Assembly: GCF_018350175.1 (NCBI RefSeq)
Contig: NC_058368.1
Coordinates: 171,494,001 to 171,558,000 of the forward strand
Reading direction: 5' to 3'
Length of the DNA stretch: 64,000 bases
Origin: Felis catus
Lineage: Eukaryota
A model generated the notes under the pieces. It was not told where the DNA came from and made no database searches. It saw only the letters and a list, made by a program, of their open reading frames with translations. Below are positions 39,774 through 50,975 of the stretch, one piece after another. Position 1 is the stretch's first letter. Each line of letters starts with the position of its first letter. The position numbers and the translations under genes were made by a program.

Positions 39774-39862
39774 CAGAAATACTTCCCCACTTGCTTTTTA
39801 TTCTTGTAGACAACAACACCAACTGGAGTTAATCCTAAGAAATACTCAGATTTGTTTTCTCC
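39774..39862 (-). CDS. EPB41L4A: EPB41L4A coding exon (~exon 8): [29 protein letters not shown](W)
   Basis: tttttgcag|GGAGAAAAC...TTCTG|gtaagt; 89 nt; FERM C-lobe. Confidence 0.96.
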
Positions 39863-40155
39863 CTGCAAAAACAAGCATATGCCTATTACCCATGAATTTA
39901 TTCATGTCACAGCTCCTTGTCAAACTGTAATTGGCCATACAAACATAATATGTTGTATTAATATTGGGTCTACTTTGTCAAAGACATCAACTTAGAAAGC
40001 TAGCTAAGCTATGGTAATAGCTAGCTTGCTGCTCATTTATTTTCAATTTTTTAATGAAAATTTTTCTTAATATATTCATACTTAGAACTTCAGTTCATTA
40101 AAAGAACCTGGACTACCAATCAGGCCACTGACTGACTCACCCCACACTGCACCTA

Positions 40156-40334
40156 CAGTGCAGTTCAACCCTGGCTGCACATTAACTGAAATCACCTGTG
40201 CAGCTTAACATGCTGATGCCCAGGTGCTACCAAAACCAGTCAAATCAGAATCTGTAATGAAGGGGCCTAGGAATCAAAAATACATAAATACTCCAGGTGA
40301 TTTCTCCTGTGCAGCCAAGGATTGAGAACCACTG
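40156..40334. mobile_element. MER5A-like hAT-Charlie non-autonomous DNA transposon
   Basis: Termini cagtg...ttgagaaccactg; internal palindromic arms ctggctgcac..aatcacctg / caggtgattt..gtgcagcca. Confidence 0.75.
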
Positions 40335-42088
40335 GCTTCTATCAAGAGTTCCTTCCCAAGGGTTGGCTCATCTCGATCTTATTCTTAGATGTAGATAATC
40401 ATGAAACCTGGCTTTCCACCACCCTTCTCCAGAAAGTTGAGTTCAGGCAGCTGCCTTCAGGCACACACCTGGATTTTCTGATGTTTCTATCATGCTCCCT
40501 CCTACTTCCATTTGTGACTTTACTACTCAAAAGAGTTAAAAATACATCTCTTCTGGTAAAGACTGAAGACCCTCAATTTCCAGGAGATGATAAATCCTAA
40601 TTAAGAAAATGAGATTCTGAAATGACAAAGTCACAAACACTGTGGGTAATGAAGGACATGCACACGTCTGTATGAATTGTATTTCTACTCTAAAGTCAAA
40701 TAACAGCCTGTAAAGTCATACTCCCAAGAATATAAGACAACTCATATATTTTTGAAGAATCCCAGCTGTTGCCCACTTTCAGTTCTGAAAATTAATTTCA
40801 GAGGAATGTATGGAAGATTCTACTGAATCCAGTTCATTTGCCATAAACTCCTACCATCCACAAAAAAAGTGTATATGAATTAGGATAAGCATTACACAAA
40901 AGCAGAGCCGTTTTTCAAAAGATTCTCTGTTTTACACACTTCCTATATATTTCTTAAAAAACTAAAAGCTCAACATGATTAATGTGGCTAGAAGGGAAAA
41001 CAGTAACTATTCCACTAAGTTTTAGAGGTGTTCTTAAATGACAGTAGTATAGAGCATGTAATGATGTAATGAGATTGGATATTTTATATCAAGAAACTAC
41101 TACTTGACCCAAACATGTAACTTTTATTGCCATACTAACAGTATACCCAGAGGTGCTTCTACTTTTTACGAAGAAAACGAGAAGATTTCTTGGTTTAGGA
41201 AACTCTGACGAGCAAACGAATATTGCAAAATGAATCCATAAATGAGTTACTTGCATTATGGTAAGTTTAATCAGCATTCCTTAAAAATCACATTCCATAA
41301 TTTAATTGACCTTGTCTATAGAAAATCTTGAGCAATTCATTTTGTGTAAAGAATAAGGCACCTGGCTCATTTTCTCAAATCATCAAATTTGGACTATTGC
41401 TAACTCAACTCTTACAAAATGAAAGGCAATGGCATTTCAATGTCACAGGCAAAGAACTGTCAATTGGTAACCTTTGAGAAATGGTTTCAAGGTTAAGACA
41501 TGGCTCCAAAACACTCAACACAGATTTAGTATAAACTCTGTCTATATTCAGCCAGTGTTCATCAGCCACTAAAGAAAATTTGCAAAACCATTTCTAATGC
41601 AGTGGTGATAACTATAGTAAGCAGTAACCCTAATATTGAGAGAACCTGTACATCCAACATAGAACCATCAACACCTGCACCTACACTGGTGCCTAAAGGC
41701 TACTTTTCTGGTAAGTGATTTCACGAATGCTTTTCGGTCATAAAATCTATTTTTGGAAAATCCTCCTGTTTTCTGTCTCATACAATCAATTATAGACCAA
41801 TTTTAAATTGTTTTGACGTTTAGCTAAGCCCTATGGAGCTGTTATCCAGATTGTGTTTTCAAGCCCAGTTAATTGTTTTCTACACATGGAAATATAATCA
41901 CAGACTTTTAAGCAAAACTCATTAGGGTTTAATCCATGCAAGAGATGCTTTGTGTTCGAAAAACAGATGAGAAAGTATCATCTGCTTGCTAAACAACAGG
42001 ACTACAGCTTTCCTTTGGGAGTTTCGGTGACTTTTTAAGAAAAATGTCATCAGCTTAAAATATCTCGTGTTAATTAAATGTTACTCAC

Positions 42089-42176
42089 ATAGACGGGATG
42101 GAGGTCAACGCCATACATCTCCAGAGATTTAGCAGTCCTCAAGTAATTCAGCTCTGCTTCAGAAGGAGCCTGACCC
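42089..42176 (-). CDS. EPB41L4A: EPB41L4A coding exon (~exon 7): (M)[29 protein letters not shown]
   Basis: gtgtag|GGGTCAG...GTCTAT|gtgagt; 88 nt; LEMYGVDLH motif. Confidence 0.96.
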
Positions 42177-42821
42177 CTACACCCAGCATAAAAACAAAGA
42201 GCCTTACTTTACTAATAGGTACTGCACTTACAGGATATGAGAACCATCTTCACCATATTCACTGGAGAAATAAATAATCCTTTGTCCTAATGCAAACTTA
42301 AGTCTTAGTATTTGAAGAAGTCCCTTGCCTTCTTGGTGACAAAATTTTACACTCTGAGGTGAAACTTGTATTAAGTTAATTTCATTTACCAAATCTGTTT
42401 TTGCTCATTATAGCCAATCCCAATGTCCCAGCATATATTAAAAATTCTGTTTCAGAAACCCTCAAAGAGATTCAGAATATAAGCACTTGAATTAAAGAAT
42501 ATATCCTTTACAAAGAGTAAAACATCTCCACGCACCAGCAGCTCTCCATCAGGAGGAAAAGGAGAATAGTAGTGGGCAGGGAGAAGAGAATGGGCTCCCC
42601 AACACCTAACTGGGGTCTCTCCCCAACACCTAACTCAGCATCTCCTGACTACGTATGTAGTTTGAAAATACATTAATATTTATAAATTGTAAAAATACTT
42701 GTCATTTTCTTAACACAAAGTATAGAAATCATCCCAAAATCTTCATTGGTGATAATTACATAAATGGTATTCATTCCTAATGAGTGTGAGCATCTGCCTG
42801 GAATCTCCATGGATGAGTGGA

Positions 42822-42825
<4 letters not shown>

Positions 42826-42854
<29 letters not shown>
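42826..42854. repeat. (TG)n microsatellite
   Basis: Directly visible. Confidence 0.95.
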
Positions 42855-42862
<8 letters not shown>

Positions 42863-44163
42863 TTTTTAGTTAACAAAAGGAGCTATGAATTTTTTTAATT
42901 AATAAATCCTGCTTTGATGCATCCAATGTTTCAGCCATGGTACCCTGGAAAATCCAGCAATATACCTCAATTTTGAAATCTATAAAGAATGTTCATGACA
43001 AATTAGACACAAGAAAGCTACTAAATCTTGATCAAGCTTTATTCTCTTAGAAATAACAGTCACACTGTCAATACCATCACATAAAACATGTAAGGCCCTT
43101 TACCCAAAGCTCCTTGATAATTTCAAAAATGTAATTGTACTTTGAAACTCCTGGAATTAGTATTCTCAGAATGTGCCAAACACACTGCCCTTCATAATGT
43201 TATAAGAGGCACTTTCTTAGCATCCACTTCAGGGAAACCTTAAAATGAAGGACTCTATAATCAGGCTTAAGAGCATTCTGGTGCATGCTAATACAAGATG
43301 GAAAGCCTGGTTTCTCTGATTACAATTCAGCAATTGACTTCTTCTGCTACTCACTGAAACAGATCCTTTAGGCAAACATTTTTTGTTGACCAGATTAATT
43401 CTACATTTTTTTTCTTAACTATAATAGATCTGAAACCAAGCAAATTCAAGAGGGAATGTTACATAAGAGGGAATAAAGCAAAATTAATCAGTATAGAGGA
43501 TTTAACCAAAATAACTATAATTAAATTATAACTTCAATGCTGCAGGCCATTAATTGAAAATCCTACTAGGGGAGTGTGTATATTCTCAGAAGTGCATGTG
43601 GTGTTAACATAATACCCTCCAAGGTGTCATCATGATTTCCAGATTCATTGCTGTAGACTGAATAGGACTTTGCTTATAACTGTAAAGAATTTACATCCTT
43701 AAGACAGACCCAATCCAGAATACATTAAGGCTTTTGTGGTTTTAAAATATACTTATAACTAAAAGAATAAATTTCACAAGGTACTGATGACTGAAAAAAT
43801 AGGAAATTGCAAAATAACAATATATACAGAATGATTCCATTAATGTTAAATCATACATACATAAATCTACACAAAATAAATTTTCTTTATGTGAATTTAT
43901 GCATAAAGAGAGGTCTGGAAGGCCATTAATCAAAAATACATTGACGTTAGGTTTTGAAATTTACTCTCTCCTTTACATTTTTAAAGTTACTTGGGTTTTC
44001 TATGAGCATTTTAGTGTTATAAGCAGTTAAAAAAAAAACTTAAAAGAAAAAATACTAGAATGTTCAAGGCATATGTGAAGAATTTATCATTCTAGAAACT
44101 TTTCTTAAGACTACCAAAAGCAAAAGATGATACTTAATGGATGATGCAACATAAGACATGATT

Positions 44164-44606
44164 TTTTTTTTCTAGCTTTGGTTGTATATCAAATACAATA
44201 CACAACACTGTGCAATTTTAAGGAGTACAATGTATTGATTTGATACACTTATATATTGCAAACTGACTACCAACATAGGGTTAGCTAACACCCTCATTTT
44301 GTCACATGATTACATTTCTTTCTCGTGTGGTAAGAACATTTAAGATCTACTCTCTTAGCAACTCTCAAGTATATTGATGGTTCTTGAGGGCATTACTCAA
44401 AGTGAAATAAGACAGAGAAAGACAAACACTACGAGAGCATTTGAAGTGGAATCTGATAAAGGCAATCTCATAGAAACAAAGACTACAATGGTGGTTGCCA
44501 GGGACTGGGGATGGGGGAAATGGGGAGATGCTGACTAAAGAATATAAACTTTTGGTTATAAAATGAAGTATTGGGGATCTAATGTACAGCATGTTGACTA
44601 TAGTTA
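44164..44606. mobile_element. 5'-inverted L1 3'-end insertion (L1MA-like): 44164-44374 on minus with poly(A), ~44375-44606 on plus
   Basis: Two segments that are adjacent in the recalled L1MA 3'UTR lie in opposite orientations; T-tract at 44162. Confidence 0.82.
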
Positions 44607-44624
44607 ATAAAATGTGATTCTTAC

Positions 44625-44745
44625 ATTAAAGTTTTATGAATCCTTTCTATGGCTTCTTCAAGTTCTTCCTTCTGATCAGGAACAAACCGGTACTCTGACA
44701 CATAACCTGCAGTATGCTTATATGGGTCGTAATCTCCAAGCTCAG
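44625..44745 (-). CDS. EPB41L4A: EPB41L4A coding exon (~exon 6): (S)[39 protein letters not shown](M)
   Basis: ttttttag|CTGAGCTT...ACTTTAAT|gtaaga; 121 nt; ELGDYD motif. Confidence 0.96.
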
Positions 44746-45896
44746 CTAAAAAACAAATTGTATTTTTTTCCACTTTAGAACAATATTCCTAAAAATACTC
44801 AAAAATATTCCTATCATGCCAAAAAATTTTCTTCAAATGTCTTATTAATAAATTCATACATAACTAATTTTAATAAAAAACAACTGGTGAGTATATATGA
44901 GCGGTATAAATAAAATCTTGTCTTAAGAACATAAGTTCTATATTTTTGCTTTCGGAAAGACTATAATTATCATTTTCATTTCAATTATTCTTACCAGGTT
45001 GCATGAAATAAAATGGCATAAATAGAATTTATTGTGCATATATTAGAAAAGCTAGAGGCAAAAAACAATGATGATGTCAACATATCCTCTCAGAAAAAGG
45101 CATCAAGAGTATACGAATCAAAATGTATATGCCCCAAACAGCAGTCAGGGAAATTTAACATAATGCTGTATATTAGTTTATACAAAGAAGCAAAATCAAA
45201 CCAGAAGCTCATCATATTACATTTATTAAAGTTTTCCTCCCTATGTTAATCCACCTTCCAAGTCCAATCCAGTTCAACTATGTGCGATTTTTCCTAGGAC
45301 ATTTTTTTCCACACCATCTCTGAACTGGAAATGCCGTAAAGGCAAGGAAAATGCTGTCTCATTGCCCCCATCCCTGGCTTCATTCTTAGAAAGGACTCAG
45401 TATTTGTAAGTGGAAACATCCTCAGCCTCCAAAATGACAATGCAGTGTGGAGCTTCCCCCACATGGTTGCCATATTGATGCCAAGAGCTGAAGCGCAATG
45501 AGTGACAAATGTGTGCCACACCCTGAACGGTCACTGGCATCTGACCACATGGAATCTTCACAACAGCTGCCTGGGAGCAATGTGATCTCTGAGACAAAAC
45601 AGCTTGAGGGGATCAATAAAACTCAGGTGGGATGTAGACTAGAAGGGCTTTTCAGACACTCCACCTAATTAAGAATCAATGCTGTTCCTGTGACTAAAAC
45701 TCCAATGTGACCTATTACAAGGGATATGTAACTGGTTTCACTTTTAACTCTTCTGAGAAAACACTGATTAAAACTTGAATTTTGACTAAATATTTTTTTA
45801 GGAAAATATCACTTGATAAGAAGAACTTTAGTACCTAAACTTGCTTAAAAAGAAACATTCACATTTTTTTTCTCAATATGCTTTAGTGGAACCTAC

Positions 45897-45994
45897 ACTG
45901 GATGGCATATGCTCCCAGCTGAGCAGCGATGTTGACAGGGCAGGGCAGCCGGCCCTGAAGGACATCTTGCTTCACCTGCAAGAAAAACTGATAT
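45897..45994 (-). CDS. EPB41L4A: EPB41L4A coding exon (~exon 5): (R)[32 protein letters not shown](S)
   Basis: cttttag|ATATCAG...ATCCAGT|gtaggt; 98 nt; FERM central-lobe motif GRLPCP; phases consistent on both sides. Confidence 0.96.
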
Positions 45995-46639
45995 CTAAAA
46001 GAGAAATGGAAAAAAGAGATTAATGATATCTTACACTACCCAGACCTGAAGTTTCAGTCTTTGATAATCACAGCAACAGCCAATCACCTTGAAGGAAAAT
46101 AAAGCCACTTCTGTGCTTTTATGAGGGGGCTGTTGAGTGAACAGGAACTATTTAAACACACATAAGCAATACAGGGTAGTGGCTCAAAAGTGTAGGCTCT
46201 CAAGTGAGACTGGATGGATTGCTTCCCAGCTCCAGTATTCATCTGGGCAGCTACTGACCCTCTCCAACAGCCAGTCTCTGCACCTGCAGAGCTGGGACAG
46301 CAAAGTATCTACACCTCATGAGGTCAATGTGGAAGTTACATAAAAGCTACTCTCACCATTCTCATTAACGCCACTGCCACTACAACTATGACACGGTCTT
46401 ACTGGTAGGAACAACCTTTATGATGTGTTACCTACAGGGTCTAAAACCATGGGTACAGGATAAAAAGGTCATTATGGTGCAATTCCATCAATTCTCATGC
46501 CCATTATCTATGGCTTTGTTCATTCCATTTGCCTAAAAGAACCTGTTAGAATAGTGCCACCCAGTGCCCCAAATACTGTTAATATAGTAACTCATTCTAA
46601 GTGTTTTACATACAGTAATTTATGTTAAGACTTTAAAAT

Positions 46640-46790
46640 AGGGCCACTACTATTATTGTCTCCATTTTGCAGAATGAAGTAACTAATAGACACAAAGAGA
46701 TGAAGTCAAGTATCTCATCCAAGATGTCACAACTAGTTAAGCAGCAGAGCCAGAACTGGAACCCAGGCAATACGACTCTAGAACCTCTTA
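46640..46790. mobile_element. MIR (representative; others at ~4560-4700, 6540-6650, 14520-14640, 20440-20650, 51575-51710, 52680-52740, 61980-62190)
   Basis: MIR core motif ccattttgcagaatgaagtaact...ccaagatgtcacaactagttaagcagcagagccagaac. Confidence 0.65.
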
Positions 46791-47550
46791 ATCAGGATGC
46801 TATGCAACTTTGGCTGGCTTGCCCTCCTTCTCTCCCCCATCCAGTCTTTCTGCCTGTGGAGTGAGGGTGAGAGAAGCCAGAGATACATGAACCAATACAA
46901 TGAACCATCAACACCATCCTCAGCCACCATTACCTACAATGCAGCATGCATTCACACACTCATGCACCAGGCTGTGTCCTTTGTAATTTCTCTTTCTTTG
47001 CAAGCCAACTCTTGATGTCACTGGGAAGGGCAGGAAAAGGGCAAAGGAAATGAATTATAAAAGTCAGCTGTATTAAGTTTCTTTTCTCCAAATGCTCACA
47101 ACCAAAGGCCATAGTGAGGGAATCCAAATGTTAGATACTACTCTGATTATTTCTAGAAGACTGGACCAAGTTTGATTGCATCCACAAGCTTAAGAGATAA
47201 TGTTCTTAACACCTTGTGTTTCCTGAATTCCCATTTTAGTAAACAGCACCACAGTCTCCATATATCCAAGTAAGAGAAACCTACCAACAATGTGCAACCC
47301 TGGCATGTGCATTCAGTCACTAAATCTGTTGTCTTTTGGAATCCACTCCAGGTCACTATCCACCCGATTTCTGAAACCTTCAGTGCTCTGCCAACATTCA
47401 CACTTACCTCCCTTCCAAACAACCTTCCCGAAAAGTAGATGAAATTCTTAACAGAAAAATAGGATCATATCACTCCCTGGAAAAAATAAGACCTTTAAAA
47501 AATTTCATTTTGCTTTCAGAATAAAATTCAGATCCTTAAGAGAGTTTGTG

Positions 47551-48309
47551 ACATGCAGGCCTCGGTCTTGGAGTGGCCTGCCTCAGTCTCCTTTGCAATT
47601 GGGCTCTATGGCCTAGGGTCCCCATCTGCACCCCTGCCACTGGTGATCATGCACCAAGGCCCACAAGAGGTGGCTGCACTGGTTTCCACAGGCCCACAAG
47701 TGACAGCACAGCAGTCATCCCCTCCAATGGCTCCCTCCTGGCCACCCACGATTATTTCCGGTGCCACCAAGGTTCCATGTCCAATAACAGCTCCTGGGAA
47801 ATGCAGGGCATCCTGGAGAAGCCACGCCTCACCACCCGGGTCTCCCCAACACCAACCCAAATCCTGGTAGGCAAGCTTCTTTTTCACCAAGTCCACCCTC
47901 CAGTCCATGGCTACAGTGTTGGGAGTCCCCAGAATGCTCAGAATCTCCCCCAGGCCTCCAACGGCACTAATACTTGTGACCTGGCTCTGGAAGCCAGGAG
48001 GAGGCAACCTGGTGGCCAGCCTGACAAGGCCAACGGCCAACATCGGGCCCCAGTCCTGGGTGGCCACCAGCAGCCAGCAGGCTTCAGGAGGTGCTGGGCT
48101 CATCAGAGCCCTTCCCTCCCCTCTGCTACCCACTAGTAGGCAAGCTGCAGCCAGCAAAAGTGGTTGGGTTCTTCTACAGCAAAACAGCAAAAAGGAAGTT
48201 GAGAGAACCCCACTTTTTACTCTCCAAGCCACACTCAAGCCTTCCTGACACTCTGCACCTCGGTGGCTTGCACCAAGAGAAAAATAAACTACAACCAGTT
48301 TTAAAAAAA
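47551..48309 (+). pseudogene. PPDPF: Processed pseudogene of PPDPF (pancreatic progenitor cell differentiation and proliferation factor), antisense to the host gene
   Basis: Frame-hopping translation TAVIPSNGSLLATHDYFR.. / PGEATPHHPGLP / W*ASFFFTKSTLQSMATVL / PQASNGTNTCDLALEARRRQPGGQ matches recalled PPDPF (MAAIPSSGSLVATHDYYR..PGEAIPHPPGLP..WWASFFFGKSTLPFMATVL..PQASS..RKQPGGQ). Intronless; ATG replaced by ACA at 47708; in-frame stop and several frameshifts; AATAAA at 48283 and A7 at 48303; possible degenerate TSD atcct..ttgtg (~47532-47550 / ~48309-48326). Confidence 0.92.
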
Positions 48310-50764
48310 TCCTCGGAAGACTTGTGCTTCTTGAGCCAAAATTTCTTGCCATTAACCAATGACTATCTCTACTCCCTAACTTGCGTTTACTCTTCTAGCC
48401 CTACTTAACTACTCCCCATGCCTTGAATGCTCATCTTGGATATCACATCCACTTTGTTATAATCATCTATCCTCCCCTTGAGGAGGAAAAAAGCAGAGTA
48501 AAGTACTATTAGCAGAACTTAAATACAAAAGCTTATACACTGAAGACACATTTTGCTAGAATTACTACTGCTTGTTGGAAATTAACATTTATTTAGCTAC
48601 ACTCTCTCTATTGTTAACTTGGAATTTCTTTCCCTGAAGTGTTTTTTTTTTTAAGGAAATGGGTCACAGATGCATATTTGTCTTGTTCTATTAAGACTTT
48701 TATAACATCTGACTGAACAGTCAAATCGCTTGCCAAATACAGAAACAGAGGAACCTAATCCCACAAGAGTTTGCTTCAAAGAGAAAAGGAAAGAGAAACA
48801 GAGGGGGATGAAAACACAAAGAACTGAAACTGAGAGAAAGCAAACAGATACAAAGAAATGGACCATATCCCATCAGTGACTGTAGTCTCAGTATATAGGT
48901 CTGGCACATAGTAATTGCTCAATAAATGTTGACTTGATGGATAGATATACAAATGAATAGGTAGACAGATGGCTGAAATGGAAAAAACTGAACACTCTTT
49001 GCTGTCTCTGAGAAATTCACAAAGAAAAAGAAAAAAGGACATCTGTTCAAACTTCTCTGGACAGCCTGCCTTTTAAAGATACCAGAGATCTTTAAGTCAT
49101 TGCATTAAAGAAAAATCCACTAAAATCAAAAGACAAGTAAACTATTTTTAATTAAGAATTTGCTTAATCTTTATCACAGCAAGCATCATATCAGTTTTTT
49201 ATAAGACAAATTCATGATACAGTAGAATCATATTTTCATAGACTAAACAAATATTTTATCATTATGTCAGGGCCTATTTTTAACTAACTGCATATAACTT
49301 ATTTTGTCGATTTTATGGGACTTGGTGTACATTTAATATTTTATTTAAATCACAGATTTAGAGTTGGTGAGTCTTTCCCTCTGTTACTCTGCTTAAGGCT
49401 ATGATTGGATGCTTGAATCCTTTTTATCTGTGGTTTTAATTAGGGGGAAACTGCATGCCAGTTTGCCTAGGACAGATCTTCTTTATGCCTGTTATACATG
49501 TATAACTATTAACAGCTCTTCTCACCATTCTCCAAAGTGTGAGGGTTTTGATGATCAACTCTACTGTGACCCTGGTTATACTCTACCCCTATTGGAGAAA
49601 AATGGAACACTCATTAAGGATGATCCACTTAATAAGGAAGCTTTCCAGGCATTCTGGTGCAAAGAAGAGGCTTCTTAAAGCAGGTATTGGTTATATTTTC
49701 ATGTAAATTATTATCTTGGTGTATACACACTGTCTTCCTAGCTAGATCATGAGCCCTGGGGTAAAAAAGCTGGGTCTTCCACCCTGTCCACAGTCACCGC
49801 ACTACTCCCAGTACAACACAAGTGAAGGGCTTAAAATATTGGCTTCACAGTTTTCTGCTTATCTGACATTCACTGCAAAGAGCTGAGCTGACACCAACGA
49901 TGTACAAGCTGTTGAGCACCATTAACAGCTTAGCAAGTATCAGAGGTTTGCTTCAAGAAGGGGCAGAGACACCCCATTCTTTCCAGAGCCCAAACACAAG
50001 GTTCCCTGAAATTCAGTGGCCCAAGATGCTTACACCAACACGCCTGAAGCACACCTTCCAGCGACTTAGGACCCGGTGAGAAAACCGCAATCTGGGGACA
50101 GGGAGAAGTCTGATTTCAGTGCCAGGTGAATTTGACACTGAAGAATCTAAGAGGAGAGTAGCTACCTACAGGGAAGCAGGATTGTTTTCTGCCTCCCACA
50201 CAGAGGGAACCTAGCATGTGATAGGAATCATTTCAGATAAAACTTCACTGTGAAGGACAGAGGGAAATGTTTATGATACACAAAATATTGAACATTGCAG
50301 GGGAAAATGGCATGTATTGCTTAAGAAGGAGAAAAATAGTAGAGGAAGCACACATTGATTCTCAAGAAAAAGTGGCAAAATCAGGAATAACACTTTCATC
50401 TCAAAGTATAAAACTCATGATTACAATACAGGAACAAGTAGCAATAATATCACCTTACATTTGTATAATCCTTTAAGGTTCACAGATTTCTTTTGCATCC
50501 ATCCCAGACTGTGACCCTTGTCTCAACTGTGTTGTATCGAAAACCCTTATCCTCACTTAGAGGGGACAGAAACTCTGGACATGAACATGTAGCTGCAGGC
50601 CATTCAGCTGGTAAAGAAGCTAAAACAAACTAATCTTCACAAAGTGAAAAATAGGAATTTCCACATTAAAGTAATAAAATTAAAAAAAAATAAGCTTAAT
50701 TTCAGTCTCCAAAGGCTGCTCTAAAACGTTACAAAACAAAATTAAAAAATCAAATACCTATGTT

Positions 50765-50975
50765 AAAAAAATTTTTTAATGTTTATTTTCGAGAGAGAGA
50801 AAGAGAGAGCACAAGCAGGGGAAGAGCAGAAAGAGAGAGACACAGATTCCGAAATAGGCTCCAGGCTCAGAGCTGTCAGCACAGAACCCGACACGGGGCT
50901 CGAACTCACAGACCATGAGATCATGACCTGAGCCGAAGCCGGATGCTCAACCGACTGAGCCACCTAGACACCCCC
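50765..50975 (-). mobile_element. Can-SINE
   Basis: TSD aaatacctatgtt / aaataccaatgtt. Confidence 0.92.
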
